The translations under genes and the position numbers were made by a program. Positions 22,271 through 33,403 of a stretch of DNA of 51,339 nucleotides are shown piece by piece (position 1 is the stretch's first letter; every line of letters starts with the position of its first letter). The DNA comes from Asterionella formosa (lineage: Eukaryota): positions 1-51,339 of the forward strand of contig NKIB01013797.1 of the NCBI GenBank assembly GCA_002256025.1. Direction: 5' to 3'. Under the pieces are notes generated by a model. It searched no databases. It worked only from the letters and a program-made list of their open reading frames with translations, and had not been told where the DNA came from.

Positions 22271-23003
22271 ATGGGATACAAGTCATTTGCTGACTATGAT
22301 GTCCACGAAGTCGCCGTTTGGGTCCATGCCATTGGCATGGGGGACCGCGCGCAATCCTTTGTTGATAATGGCGTCGATGGAAAGTTGTTGGTTGATTTGT
22401 CGATCGACGATCTCAAAACAGATCTTGGATTTCCTGGTCTGCACGCCAAAAAGTTTCTCCAAAAGCTTGACTTTGCATTGGAGCTGACTACACCTCGTGG
22501 GGATGGGACTGATGATGCAGAAGCGCTCCTGGCGGAGTTACAGGCCGCCAATGCAGGACTTAAGAAGCAGCTGGATGACCTCAAGTCAATCAAGGCAAAT
22601 CTAATAGGCCCCGCGCAAGGTAAGTTGCTTGGTTTGTCATGATTGAATCGAATCAAATCAAATCAAATTTGATGCTACTAGAAAGTTCTGACCCAGTTCT
22701 TTCTTGCTTTGCTGTTTGTGTTTGCTTGTTTTCCCTCTGTTCACATTAGTGCCTGTCTATCATGCCACTCCTCCCATGTCTGCACCTGCCCCGGCGCATG
22801 CACCTGCTCCACCACCACAAAACAAAAGGGTTGCGGGTGGTGTGGTGAAAGGAGCCGCATTTGGAGCTGCTGGTGGAGCTGCCAAGGGAGCTATTGTTGG
22901 AGCAATTGTGCCTGGAATGAGTGCAAGAGATGGAGCCAAGGCAGGAGCTGCTGTCGGGGGTTTGAAAGGAGGAGTTCGTGGTGGCATCCGACGTCTACGT
23001 TAA
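22271..23003 (+). CDS. SAM domain-coiled coil-Pro-rich-glycine zipper protein, gene 4 (head B / tail Y), two exons, ~200 aa
   Basis: Exon 1 22271-22619; phase-1 intron 22620-22749 (GTAAGT...CTGAC...ATTAG); exon 2 22750-23003. Head MGYKSFADYDVHEVAVWVHAIGMG... is like gene 2; the zipper tail is identical to gene 3. Confidence 0.88.
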
Positions 23004-25195
23004 CCCTTTTTAAATTGTATGTTTTATGATAGACTAAAAGTGGTAAACGGGTGGATTTATATCAATTGTAAACCAAGCGGATCTCGATCAGTCTACAAAT
23101 GATTGGCTGGAATAAACATGTATCATTCATTTTGTTGTGGTCATGCTACTTTAGTTGCTGTAGTGTTTTCCTTGTAAACAATTCAATTTCAACCTCTGTG
23201 ATCCCTTTATAGGTTGTAGGGACTGATACCAACAAACGACTGAAGCAGAAGCTGCTGTCAGTGGTTGTCAAGGAAGAGTTAGTAGTGGCATCCATCACTT
23301 ACATAAACTCTTTTCTGATAAACCATTGGGCAAAGAATGGAGGGTTCTCATCGAAATCACACCAATCAATTCTCAATCAATCAATGAATGACATATTGTA
23401 CTAATGTCTAGTAGTTTCTTGAAAGTATTCCCTTTATTACATGGCAATCTATTGCTTCCTTGCTTGACTGAATCCCAGGCAGCATTGACAAGCCTGAAAA
23501 CCACAGAAGGACAAACCATCATTTTCATTTAAAAAAGTTCGGGTGGATTGGGTGGCTACAATTAATGAAGTGTGCCATTGAGGAAAGGTTGAAACAAGTC
23601 CAGATCAAAAAACCATCTCTTTGTCATGCTGTAGATAAATGGCTCCCCACCTTCTTTTTCTGGGTCCTATTTTGTGCCAGCAACTAGGTCCTCCACATTT
23701 TGGCAGCTGCTGTGTATCAGCAGTTGCAGAACCTATATCGTCTTTATCATCTACAATGTCAGATTTAGTAAGAATAATATCAGCAGTGGTAGCTACTAGA
23801 AGAACCAAAGGTTGATGGCTGAAATTTTTTTTAGCCAGCTAGTTGTACAATCGTCTTTCAACCTTTCCCCCGCCCCCTTTTGGGTGGCATTTTTTTGCTT
23901 TTGGCTGGGAATTTTTTCTTGTAACCCATGTGCAGTCAAAGATGGACTGCCTTGAATCCAATTCACATTTAGAGTGCAGGTCACAAGTTATTTCTTGTTC
24001 CTGTTGCCCTACACCTTGTATAATACAAAACATACTGAATTCATTAACAAGTAATCTGCAGTAAAGGAGTGTCTTTAATCAAAGGCTATGAACCATTGTT
24101 ATTACCAACAAGAAAATCATCAACATGGCTAGTGATTGTTACCCACAGATCATCAGTGTACTACTGGTAGGGGCAGAGTTGCTCACCACTGTCAGCCAGA
24201 ATTATTTGAAGGCATTATTCCTCCAGCAATAGAAAACATCAAGGAGCAACAAAAACAAACATCACTACTATGTCATAAATAATCAGCAACAAGAGAACAT
24301 GGGTTGCTGGGATCATGCATAATTACATGAGTTGAGATAACAGTGATGCCTCCTGCCAAAAATTTGTCCATTTGCATTTGGAATAAAACGGTTTTGTTCT
24401 TGTTGATAAGATGAATACTAATGGAAGAAGAAACCCTTCAATTCACAAAGTAAGTGTATCCTAACTCTGTATCAAATGTGGAAACTTCACATTGATACAC
24501 ATTTTGGAGATACAAAAGAGGTGTACAGTATTAGCTGGCAGCTAATAGGCAACCTGGCAAAGCAGGAGGGCTTACGTACAAATAATTGGGCTGGTGAAGT
24601 ACAAAATTCATCAAAATGGTAGAAACCTTGTATTGCAAGATCAGACATTGTTGAAGTCTGCCGGTAAACATACGAGTTTTCATACATTATTATTTTAGTT
24701 CTCTGACGATGGTCTTATTTCTTCCAATTTATTTTCCTGGACATGACGCACAGACCAAGCATCATATCATACGTAAATCATGTACTACATAATCAGTAAT
24801 GTGAATTTTCTTTGTCTGATTCCTTCTTGAAAGAATAAAATTGAATGGCTCGCACAGCCGCCCCTTCGCTTCTTGTTATATAACGGAACCTCACAACCAT
24901 CTTGCTCTGCATGTTTAAGATTACCTGATGGTACCAAGGTACCAGGGTATCAGTAGTCTACCGGACGGTATAGGTTTGTCATGTATTTAGAAATGATATC
25001 CAATCTACCGGTACATAAAATAGTCTGACTAAACATTCCAATCCAAACATCAGTTTGTTCCATTTCGACGTGTGCTGAGTCGGCGAATCGGAGGGTAGAG
25101 CGTTCTTGAGTGCGAGTGAATGTAAAGTGTTCAATAGCGACATCTGAAGGACAAGGACTCGCTCTACAATACAATACTCATCGTCAGCTGACTGT

Positions 25196-25975
25196 ATGAA
25201 CAAACTCCCGCTTGTCCCGAGACTGTTCCGGCCCAAGGATCTCGTAGCCCCAACCGTTATTTTTGCCACAAACCACCTACTGATCGTGAACAAATCGCCC
25301 GGATGGTTGACTGTTCCGACTGATAAGGGCTGGGATCAAAAGTCCCTAATTCATCGTTTGCAGAATTTGGAACTAGGCGGTGGCAGTAAAAAGGATTGGC
25401 TGACACCCCTCCATCGGATCGACCAGCCCTGTAGCGGCCTGGTGGTCTTGGGGAAAACCACCAAGGCATGTCAACGCATTCAACCTCTTTGGAGAGATGG
25501 AAAGGTGAAAAAGACCTATCTCGTGGTTCTTTCCCAACCTCATGCCCAATCTCATGGTTGGTCCAATCTGGAGGGGCACATGATTATCACAAGCAAGAAG
25601 TCACTAGGTAGCCACAAACAAGCCGTGCAATTCACCAATGAACCATATCCAAATACCAAGCACTGTCAAATGAGATACCGCTCCCTTTCACCCACATTGC
25701 TACAAGTTTCGACGAATCAAGGGGCTCGACACATGGTGCGTGCCTTGTTGCACTTTCATGGATATCGATTGGCGGGGGATTTGCGTTATGGGGCCAATCG
25801 AGCATTGGAAGATCATTCGGTAGCATTGCATGCGTTCTCCATTGTATTTCCGAATGAATTGTCTTTAGGAGACTTGGAACAAAAATACTTTGAAGCTCCG
25901 ATACCAGCAACGTGGGAACAGTATTTCGGGATTACACAAGACCACGTGAATGGTTGGCGCAAAGAAAAACCATAG
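25196..25975 (+). CDS. RluA-family RNA pseudouridine synthase
   Basis: Motif I LLIVNKSPGWL, catalytic motif LHRIDQPCSGLVVLGKT, and NQGARHMVRALL...LAGDLRYG and ALHA motifs. Confidence 0.9.
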   Translation: MNKLPLVPRLFRPKDLVAPTVIFATNHLLIVNKSPGWLTVPTDKGWDQKSLIHRLQNLELGGGSKKDWLTPLHRIDQPCSGLVVLGKTTKACQRIQPLWRDGKVKKTYLVVLSQPHAQSHGWSNLEGHMIITSKKSLGSHKQAVQFTNEPYPNTKHCQMRYRSLSPTLLQVSTNQGARHMVRALLHFHGYRLAGDLRYGANRALEDHSVALHAFSIVFPNELSLGDLEQKYFEAPIPATWEQYFGITQDHVNGWRKEKP

Positions 25976-26179
25976 AGGATGTTGATAGAAGTAATATACT
26001 AAACTAGAAATGAGAAAAGCAATGCAACTTACATGCGTAGTGACGGATATCATTCTAAATGGTACCATTTATGACTGGGTCTTATTCAAGGTCGGAAAAC
26101 GTCAGGTTGGTTCAATATTACAAACGAATCATCACAGGACCATGACTGTCCTGGACTGCTCCTCTGCTTCTCTGTCTTA

Positions 26180-26680
26180 GGTCACCGAAAATCCCATATT
26201 CCAGTAAGAAACTAACAAATCACCCGGTTGGTTGGCTTTTCTATCAGGAGGTGGTCAGTGATGGTGGCTACGGAAAAAAGTCAATCCTCACTCACCATTT
26301 GCAAAATGATGGTTCGATTCTGATGATATATTCTTAGACAAACGAGAATGGCTGGTGCCCGCTTCTCGTTTGGACCAACCCAACCCTTGTACCGTGGATC
26401 TGATCTTGAAAACCAAACAAGACCCATGTGTTCAACATTTCATGGGGCTCGGCACATGGTACGAGCCTTGTTACACTTTCTTGGAAACCGCGTAGCAAGT
26501 GATGTGCGTTACGGGGCCAAACAAGCCTTGGAGGAACATATTGTTGCAGTACATTTGCAATCTATTGCCTTTCCAAGGGAATCATCAAAACTTGGGATCA
26601 TAGAACAAATACGGTTTGAAGCCCCGATACCGGAAACATGAAAGGAGTAACTCTCAAGGCGATGTGACAAAGGAAAATGG
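26180..26680 (+). pseudogene. Degenerate tandem duplicate of the RluA-family gene
   Basis: Fragments NKSPGWLAF (~26215) and HGARHMVRALLHFLGNRVASDVRYGAKQALEEHIVAVHL...FEAPIPET*, where a TGA stop replaces TGG. The catalytic HRID region is decayed and the middle is deleted. Confidence 0.8.
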
Positions 26681-26998
26681 TAGTGGACTATTATGGAAAA
26701 ACGAGAAATATACGACGTCAGATAATATGCATATTAGCGAGAAGAAGGAGGACAAACGTCAATCGCAATTGTGATTCCATTTGATGATCCCGACTTGCCG
26801 TACTATTGAACAACCGTCAGCAGGTTCTAATTTGTTGGAGAGAATGGGGATCGACCTTTTGCTGCAAAATATCTAGCCCCCCCCCCAATTGCTGCATATC
26901 AGCGTCTGAATTTTTAAGAAAAACGGCTATTTAATAGCGCTCAATAACAAAATGAATCGTTCCACAACGGCGGTGCATGACTTCATGAAACTTGCAGA

Positions 26999-27964
26999 CT
27001 ACTTTGTCGTGAGTTGCTTTTCCAACCAAGCACAAACATCTTGGATTACTTGATTCGTGACTTTGGGCACATCTTGTAGCAGCTGATGACCAGTTGTATC
27101 CACCATAATCAATGTTGCCTTATCCCCGACCTTGTCACAAAACTCTTGCATGGCATCAGCTTTGGTTCGTACATCGAGTCTGGAGTGAATGGCTAAAAAG
27201 GGAACTGGGAATTTGGATGCATGCTCTAAAATATAATCTCCCGCAGATAGCATAGCAGCAACACCGGAGAGGGTTGGAGTTGTTTTAAGGACAACCTTTG
27301 GATCAGCTCGGGCCGTTTGAGCCCACTTCTTATCGCCAAATGCATCATCAAAGGAGGACTCCGTATCCACAGCTGGCATGGCAGTCTTTGGATAATAGTT
27401 GGCAAGCCAGCACAAGACTTTGACCACCCAAGCAGGAGGAAGCAAGCTATCTCCCACCCTCACTAATCCTCCAAGCGAAATAACACCAGAAAGCGTTATA
27501 TTCTGTTCAGGAGCATCGAATGCAGCATTGATCACTTGGGGCGCTCCCCATGATTCACCCAAAAGAAACATGGGCAATGGTTCCTTTGTTATTTCTGCAG
27601 CTTCCAAAGTTGCCCATTCCAAAGCGGCAAATACATCTTCCACCAAATCTTCCATGCAACGGATGTAAGTGCAGTTACGTGGTGATCCAGGCTCCCTGTC
27701 GGAGTATCCGCAATTGACTTGATCGTACGAAGCCACAAGGGCTCCCAATTCAGTTGCAAGGTGCTTCGCGAAGGCATCAAAGTAACCAGAATGCCAGCCA
27801 CTTCCGTGTACCAGCAAAATGAGACATGTCGGCTTGGCGGTGGTGGGTTTCCAAAGTCTCGTTGCAAGATGGGGCCCTCGAGGGGACTCTAACTTATGGT
27901 TGGTGGGAATAGGAGGATTGGGAACAGCGTAGTTTTTCGTATCGACCATCACTGCTGCTGCCAT
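26999..27964 (-). CDS. Alpha/beta hydrolase, monoglyceride lipase/lysophospholipase (Hydrolase_4)-like
   Basis: LLVHGSGWHSGYF, YDQVNCGYSD, nucleophile elbow FLLGESWG, PFLAIHSRLDVRT and catalytic His in TGHQLL. Confidence 0.9.
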   Translation of the reverse strand: MAAAVMVDTKNYAVPNPPIPTNHKLESPRGPHLATRLWKPTTAKPTCLILLVHGSGWHSGYFDAFAKHLATELGALVASYDQVNCGYSDREPGSPRNCTYIRCMEDLVEDVFAALEWATLEAAEITKEPLPMFLLGESWGAPQVINAAFDAPEQNITLSGVISLGGLVRVGDSLLPPAWVVKVLCWLANYYPKTAMPAVDTESSFDDAFGDKKWAQTARADPKVVLKTTPTLSGVAAMLSAGDYILEHASKFPVPFLAIHSRLDVRTKADAMQEFCDKVGDKATLIMVDTTGHQLLQDVPKVTNQVIQDVCAWLEKQLTTK

Positions 27965-28870
27965 GTTGTTTGTTCACTATTATTATGTTATATTTAGTAG
28001 TCGCCGAATTTTCAGCTGGATGATGGTGGTATTTGTGGCCTCTCCCTCCCTTCGCAGAACATAAATAAAATGATGATTTGGCATCATGAAGGTGGTAATC
28101 TTGCGATGAGAACCCTCACTTCTGTATCCATCATCGTCAGCCATCATGACCATGCATCATCACGCCATGATGGCTGCGCGGCTGGAAAGTCCGGTACCTG
28201 GTACCAGGTGTATCATATATTTACAAAGTATAAAACGTATTTTACCGGACCTGTTCATTCTAAAAATAAATCCTCTGCAGAAAAGTAGAGAATTTCGATG
28301 TCAAATCGATGTAGAAGTATCTAGGTATCTACATCAAATATAAAATATCCTTTATGCAGGTACATATGACGGCTTCATCAGTGTTCCTTTCCACGTAAAT
28401 GAATATTGCTAGGAATCTCATAGATACGTACATGTGTACATATATACAGATTGATTCGCAAACCCTGGTACCAGTACCAGTTATTTGTACAGTTGTCTAA
28501 ATACATACGACCGTTATAATTTGCTTCTGTCAACGATTGTTCTTAAATAAAAAGGAATATATAGAAACGCATTCTATCAAAAAGGAATAAATTTGATACA
28601 CGTGGGCAATGTCGACGATTCATAAAACATAATGTCGTCTAAATTGAATACCGGTATACATATGACGAACGATTAGCATGCATGCTGACTCGATCATGAT
28701 AAATACCGGTAATGTAAACATTATTCCGGAACAAATGCACACATGAATATATCATATGTATACCACCGGAATACGGACATAGCATGAACAAATCACAACC
28801 AGTAAATGTATTTATTAGTAATGAAAATTGTTAGCAACGCAGGGTATGAGAAACAAAACCGAATGCAATC

Positions 28871-31246
28871 ATGTCAGACAGCAGCAACATTGTCATATCC
28901 AACAACGATAAAAGTGTGCTGCAGCTCCTTCAAGATGTTTGTGGAGTAACTGAAGCGAGAGCTCAGGAGCTTCTCGAAGCTGGTGGATCCACTGAACGCG
29001 CGATTGATATTTTCTTTAGCCATCAACCGCAAGTTGCGACAGCATCATCTCACCTTGTAGCTTCGAATAAAAAAAGGAAAGAGCGGGATAATATTGCTTC
29101 TAGTAGTAGAAGCAACGATACCAGACCCCACCCAACACTCTTTTTGGACCATTCAAAACGTACGCAGCAACAACAACAACAATCACCTCACGACCCTAGA
29201 CTTGACTATCTGGCTCTGGCAACATGCTTGGCAGAAATGACAGGAACCACCAAGCGTCTTGCCAAACTCTCTACGTTAAAACTGTTTTTTAAACAAACGA
29301 TTGAGGCCGTTGGCGGGATGGGGGTCGGAACTGAAGCATCTCGTGCTCACGATGGGACCTTACTTACCCAGGCGATGTGCCTCCTCTTGGGTTGTCCAGG
29401 AGTTACACTGAATGTCAGTTGGTCAGCCGTGAGCAAAGCGGTCATGACTGTGACGGGAGCGTCATCGACACAACTCAGACAAGCGTATCAAAGCTCGGGA
29501 GATTACGGCGACGCGGCAGCCACTTTCATGAGGAAGCAACGATTGCTGATTACGCCAAGGCCGTGGACGATTGAAGGTGTGTACTCTATCCTGCAAAAAA
29601 TATCCAAATGTGAAGGGAAAAACAGCCAAGCACAACGGCATGCATTAATGGTGAAATTGCTGCAATCTTGTAAAAGTGAAGAAATTCGATTTCTGGTCAG
29701 GACGCTTTTGGGGAACATGCGCCTGGGGGCATCACTCAAGACAGTTTTGACGGGGTTGGCAATGGCAGTAGATGAATTATACGCCGGAACCAATGATACT
29801 GGAACTGCATCTACACATGTACAAGATACCTATGATATGTGTCCTCGAATAGACAAGATTTGTCTAGCTCTATTGGTTGGCGGTATTTTACGGATGAAAC
29901 AGACTTGTGTCCTTGAGGTGGGAACATGTATTAATCCAATGTTGGCCAATCCAGCACATTCTCTTGATGAAATCGAAGCAATAATGTCGAATGGTGGTCC
30001 CATCATTGCAGAATGGAAATATGATGGAGTGCGATGTCAAGCTCATTGGGATGGAACCGAAATGAAGCTCTTTTCTCGACACATGATAGAGAATACAGAG
30101 CAGTTTCCAGATGCCGTCAAATTCTTGTTAGATGCAAAAAATGAAATTGTGACATCATTTATTATTGATGCAGAAATTGTTGGTGTTGATTCTGATGAGA
30201 CGGGATCTACACGTCTGTTACCATTTCAAGACCTTTCCACTCGGAAGGGACCTGCCAAAATGGACAATAATGTTACTATTTGTATTTTTGCTTTTGACCT
30301 CCTCTACCTGAATGGAGATTCATTGATAAAGGTGCCACTTTATGAACGACAAAATTCATTGCGGAATTATTTTTCCAAGGTACAAGGGTTTCAGTTTGCA
30401 TTGGCCATGTCTCTTTGCACGTACGACGAAGTCAAGGTACAAGCATACTTGAAGGACGCCATCCATGGAGGAGCAGAGGGGCTCATGGTCAAACTTTCTG
30501 GTTTACCCACAGAAAAGGCATGTCCATTGACTTGTCATTATGAGTCTGGGGTACGATCACACACGTGGCTGAAGGTCAAACGGGACTATATTGCAGGATT
30601 TTCTGATACCATTGATGTTGTTCCAATTGGAGCTTGGTATGGAAGTGGTCGCAAAGCCGAACGTAACTTTCTTTCGCCCGTCTTGCTGGCAGTGTACGAC
30701 GACGAGGAGGAAGTTTACAAGAGCATCAGTCGCTGCATGACGTTTACAGATGCAATGTACGAGTCAACGCGAGAATTTTATTTGCGAGGCACACCGTATC
30801 CTACGGGCACTGAAATCGTGGAAGGACTGAGCAATGTAACAACTGTCAACGATGATGACGAATCTGTTAGTGATGAATGTGACAAAATCCCATCTCGATC
30901 ATCGAACCAAGAAGACCCCAGCACATTTGACTGTAACGATCGAGTGAATTGTTACCTAAACAAGCCGAACGCTTTACTAGTGACAAACGAATGTCCACCA
31001 ATTTGGTTCAAACCATTGGAAGTGTGGGAGGTGTCATATGCCGACCTATCGCTTAGCAATCAACACACGGCTGCTCAGGGCCTTGTTGACCCAGTTCGGG
31101 GCGTGGCACTTCGTTTTCCTCGATTCAAACGGCGTCGACCAGATAAGGGAGTGGACCAGGCAACAACCTGCCAACAAATTTTGGAGTTATTTGCAAAACA
31201 GAGCAAGATTGCAAATAGTTCAAGCAGACTATATCAAAATAGTTGA
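28871..31246 (+). CDS. ATP-dependent DNA ligase I-like protein with an N-terminal UBA-like domain
   Basis: Motifs I EWKYDGVR, III IIDAEIV, IIIa FAFDLLYLNG, IV EGLMVK, V WLKVKRDY and VI LRFPRFKRRRPDK. DNA-binding-domain motif EIRFLVRTLLGNMRLG. N-terminal LQDVCGVTEARAQELLEAGGSTERAIDIFF is UBA-like. Confidence 0.93.
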   Translation: MSDSSNIVISNNDKSVLQLLQDVCGVTEARAQELLEAGGSTERAIDIFFSHQPQVATASSHLVASNKKRKERDNIASSSRSNDTRPHPTLFLDHSKRTQQQQQQSPHDPRLDYLALATCLAEMTGTTKRLAKLSTLKLFFKQTIEAVGGMGVGTEASRAHDGTLLTQAMCLLLGCPGVTLNVSWSAVSKAVMTVTGASSTQLRQAYQSSGDYGDAAATFMRKQRLLITPRPWTIEGVYSILQKISKCEGKNSQAQRHALMVKLLQSCKSEEIRFLVRTLLGNMRLGASLKTVLTGLAMAVDELYAGTNDTGTASTHVQDTYDMCPRIDKICLALLVGGILRMKQTCVLEVGTCINPMLANPAHSLDEIEAIMSNGGPIIAEWKYDGVRCQAHWDGTEMKLFSRHMIENTEQFPDAVKFLLDAKNEIVTSFIIDAEIVGVDSDETGSTRLLPFQDLSTRKGPAKMDNNVTICIFAFDLLYLNGDSLIKVPLYERQNSLRNYFSKVQGFQFALAMSLCTYDEVKVQAYLKDAIHGGAEGLMVKLSGLPTEKACPLTCHYESGVRSHTWLKVKRDYIAGFSDTIDVVPIGAWYGSGRKAERNFLSPVLLAVYDDEEEVYKSISRCMTFTDAMYESTREFYLRGTPYPTGTEIVEGLSNVTTVNDDDESVSDECDKIPSRSSNQEDPSTFDCNDRVNCYLNKPNALLVTNECPPIWFKPLEVWEVSYADLSLSNQHTAAQGLVDPVRGVALRFPRFKRRRPDKGVDQATTCQQILELFAKQSKIANSSSRLYQNS

Positions 31247-32072
31247 ATCGAACATACACTTCGTGTGTGTATCCACGTTACGTATTTTCTACTAACACAA
31301 TTATTGATGTACAGATCAAAATGTGAATGAAAGGCAGTGCATCAATGAATTGAAGAAATCTCACTCAAGCAATGTACGCTACTTGTTATAGATGAATAGT
31401 ACTGTCGACAGCTCTTGCAATGAGGCAAGATGAAGTAGACTCATTAGGTTGTTCTAGATTGTAGAAGTAGAAGGTTTTGTAGTGACGATTAATTCCTAAG
31501 TATTTATGAGAAATTGTGAGCTTACAAATGAAGGGAAAATGATGGTGGTATTATATTTAATCTGATGATGGCGCGTTATACGGGCATTTGATTCAAAACA
31601 AGATACCGGTAGCCGACTCTGACATACATACAAAATGACATGATATTCCATCGTAACGGTTCTATAACCGGAAATAAAATCATAACAATCATGTATCCAG
31701 CCGCTCATTCTTTTGTTACTACCGGTACCTGGCAAGTTACATCTAAATCTTTAGCTGAAGCAAGATTATCGCAACTTGGTGGTTCCCTGGTCCCCCTCTA
31801 CCGGTATACCAAATGTGTGATGTGTTGTGAGTTTAGTCAGAAAATGTCTTTTTTCGTATACATGAATGAATACATTACAAATGATCTCACATAAAAGAAA
31901 AGAAGAGCAAACGGCATTGCCTGGTCAACCTATGATGGTCGATCAGCCTAGGTAATCATGTGCGATTCAAGTCTGTGCGGTGAACTTTGAACTAAGAAGA
32001 AACTACTAATCGCTCACAATTCTCTACCTAGGGAGAAACCAATCAACTTGTTCGCCTGTATCATCGTGCACC

Positions 32073-33023
32073 ATGTTGCCAAGAACTACCCAATCCATAA
32101 TATTCACACGAGATAGAATTCTCGTGTCCTCTTCTGAAGAACCGAATCGATCTCAAACCGCGTTTCATCATCGGCGAGGACGAGGAGGGAGATATGGTCG
32201 TGAACGAGACGAAGTACAGGTATTCACTGCTCCTTTGCCAGATCCCTTTGAGGTTGTCTACTACAGAGAAATGGAGGGAGTTTCTACTCGCTCTTTTAAG
32301 GCCTTCTCTAACAATTCTGACAGCTCCAATAAGAGCGGATTGAGTAGTAGCCTTGGAGATTTTAGTTTCGACCAATCACTTTTGACACTGCAGACCGACA
32401 ATGCGGGGGACGGCAGTCTCGGAGCCAGTGGACACAGCGAGCGAATAACAAAAGAAAGAACGAATCATGGCGAGATTTGGAAAGGGGATCTCATAAATCA
32501 GCGACATTCGCTTGAGATATCCAAGGGTATTAACTTGTCATCATCAAAGCTTGAAAACGAATCAAGGAGACGACCCAGTCGCTCTCACGAGCAGCAACGT
32601 GAAAAGCGCGACTCTACTGAAACATCAGAAGGATCTACTTTAGAATTGCGAACCAAACTTGCGCATGAGTCGAGAGAACCATCTAGCTCTAGCGAGAAAC
32701 TGTTGAGAAAAGTGCAGTATAATGTCAATCAACCCGCCACGAATCGTTCTGTAGTGTCCCAGCTAATTAAGGACATTCGCAAGGACATTGAGAGATCAGC
32801 ACGAAGTCTTGCCATTGCCGTCAATCTTCAACACGATTTATCCAAAGTTGATGAGTTTCTTGCCGAAACTCAGGAAGGAAGCAATGCAAGCTCCAACGGC
32901 GAGTGCGACGAATCCTTGCAATACGAAATTCAGCAACGAATTTCGGAAATTATTGCGCGGAGACGACGCTGTGAGAACACACTTCTTCATCAGCAAGAAA
33001 ATAAAACCAATCTGTCACCATAA
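32073..33023 (+). CDS. Hypothetical protein, orphan family member 2
   Basis: 316-aa ORF. PDPFEVVYYREMEG and SVVSQLIKDIRKDIERSARSLAIAVNLQHDLSKVDEFL are shared with family members 1 and 3. Confidence 0.8.
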   Translation: MLPRTTQSIIFTRDRILVSSSEEPNRSQTAFHHRRGRGGRYGRERDEVQVFTAPLPDPFEVVYYREMEGVSTRSFKAFSNNSDSSNKSGLSSSLGDFSFDQSLLTLQTDNAGDGSLGASGHSERITKERTNHGEIWKGDLINQRHSLEISKGINLSSSKLENESRRRPSRSHEQQREKRDSTETSEGSTLELRTKLAHESREPSSSSEKLLRKVQYNVNQPATNRSVVSQLIKDIRKDIERSARSLAIAVNLQHDLSKVDEFLAETQEGSNASSNGECDESLQYEIQQRISEIIARRRRCENTLLHQQENKTNLSP

Positions 33024-33403
33024 TATGATAAACAAATGTAGTTTTTGCTGCGCAGTCAACTATATCCAACTGATGGAGACATATTAAATGTTATATACTC
33101 CCGACAGCGACAGTGGCGACGGGATTCACCAATGCTTTGAAATCTGGGATGACAATACAGAAAGCGCCTTGCGAAATAATTGAATATAGCCAAAATAGTC
33201 GTCTATATATTAATCTCATCAACGAGGGATAATTTGCCAAGTTCTCAATCCAACGTCGCAGCTACGAGATGCGTACCAACAGGATCAGCCTAAAAATGGT
33301 AATTCATTGCAGACTGAAACTCCAGAACCAAGCTCATGCTAGCTTAATGATGACAATTGCCTATTGTTCCAACAATTTTTTTCATGTATATTTCGGTCAC
33401 AAT

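Larger units (their letters stand above)
17413..23436. repeat. Inverted repeat pair 2: arms ~17413-18082 and ~22768-23436 (~670 bp, near identical)
   Basis: Exon 2 of genes 3 and 4 plus ~430 bp of downstream non-coding DNA are reverse complements, with only a few mismatches, mostly at the arm ends. Confidence 0.92.

Noticed and set aside
23450..24700. Short ORFs that may be a decayed gene or transposon
   Set aside because: No recognisable motif and many stops, so no call is supported. The same applies to 11330-12300, 36400-38000, 40400-41100, 44700-45400 and 50000-51339.
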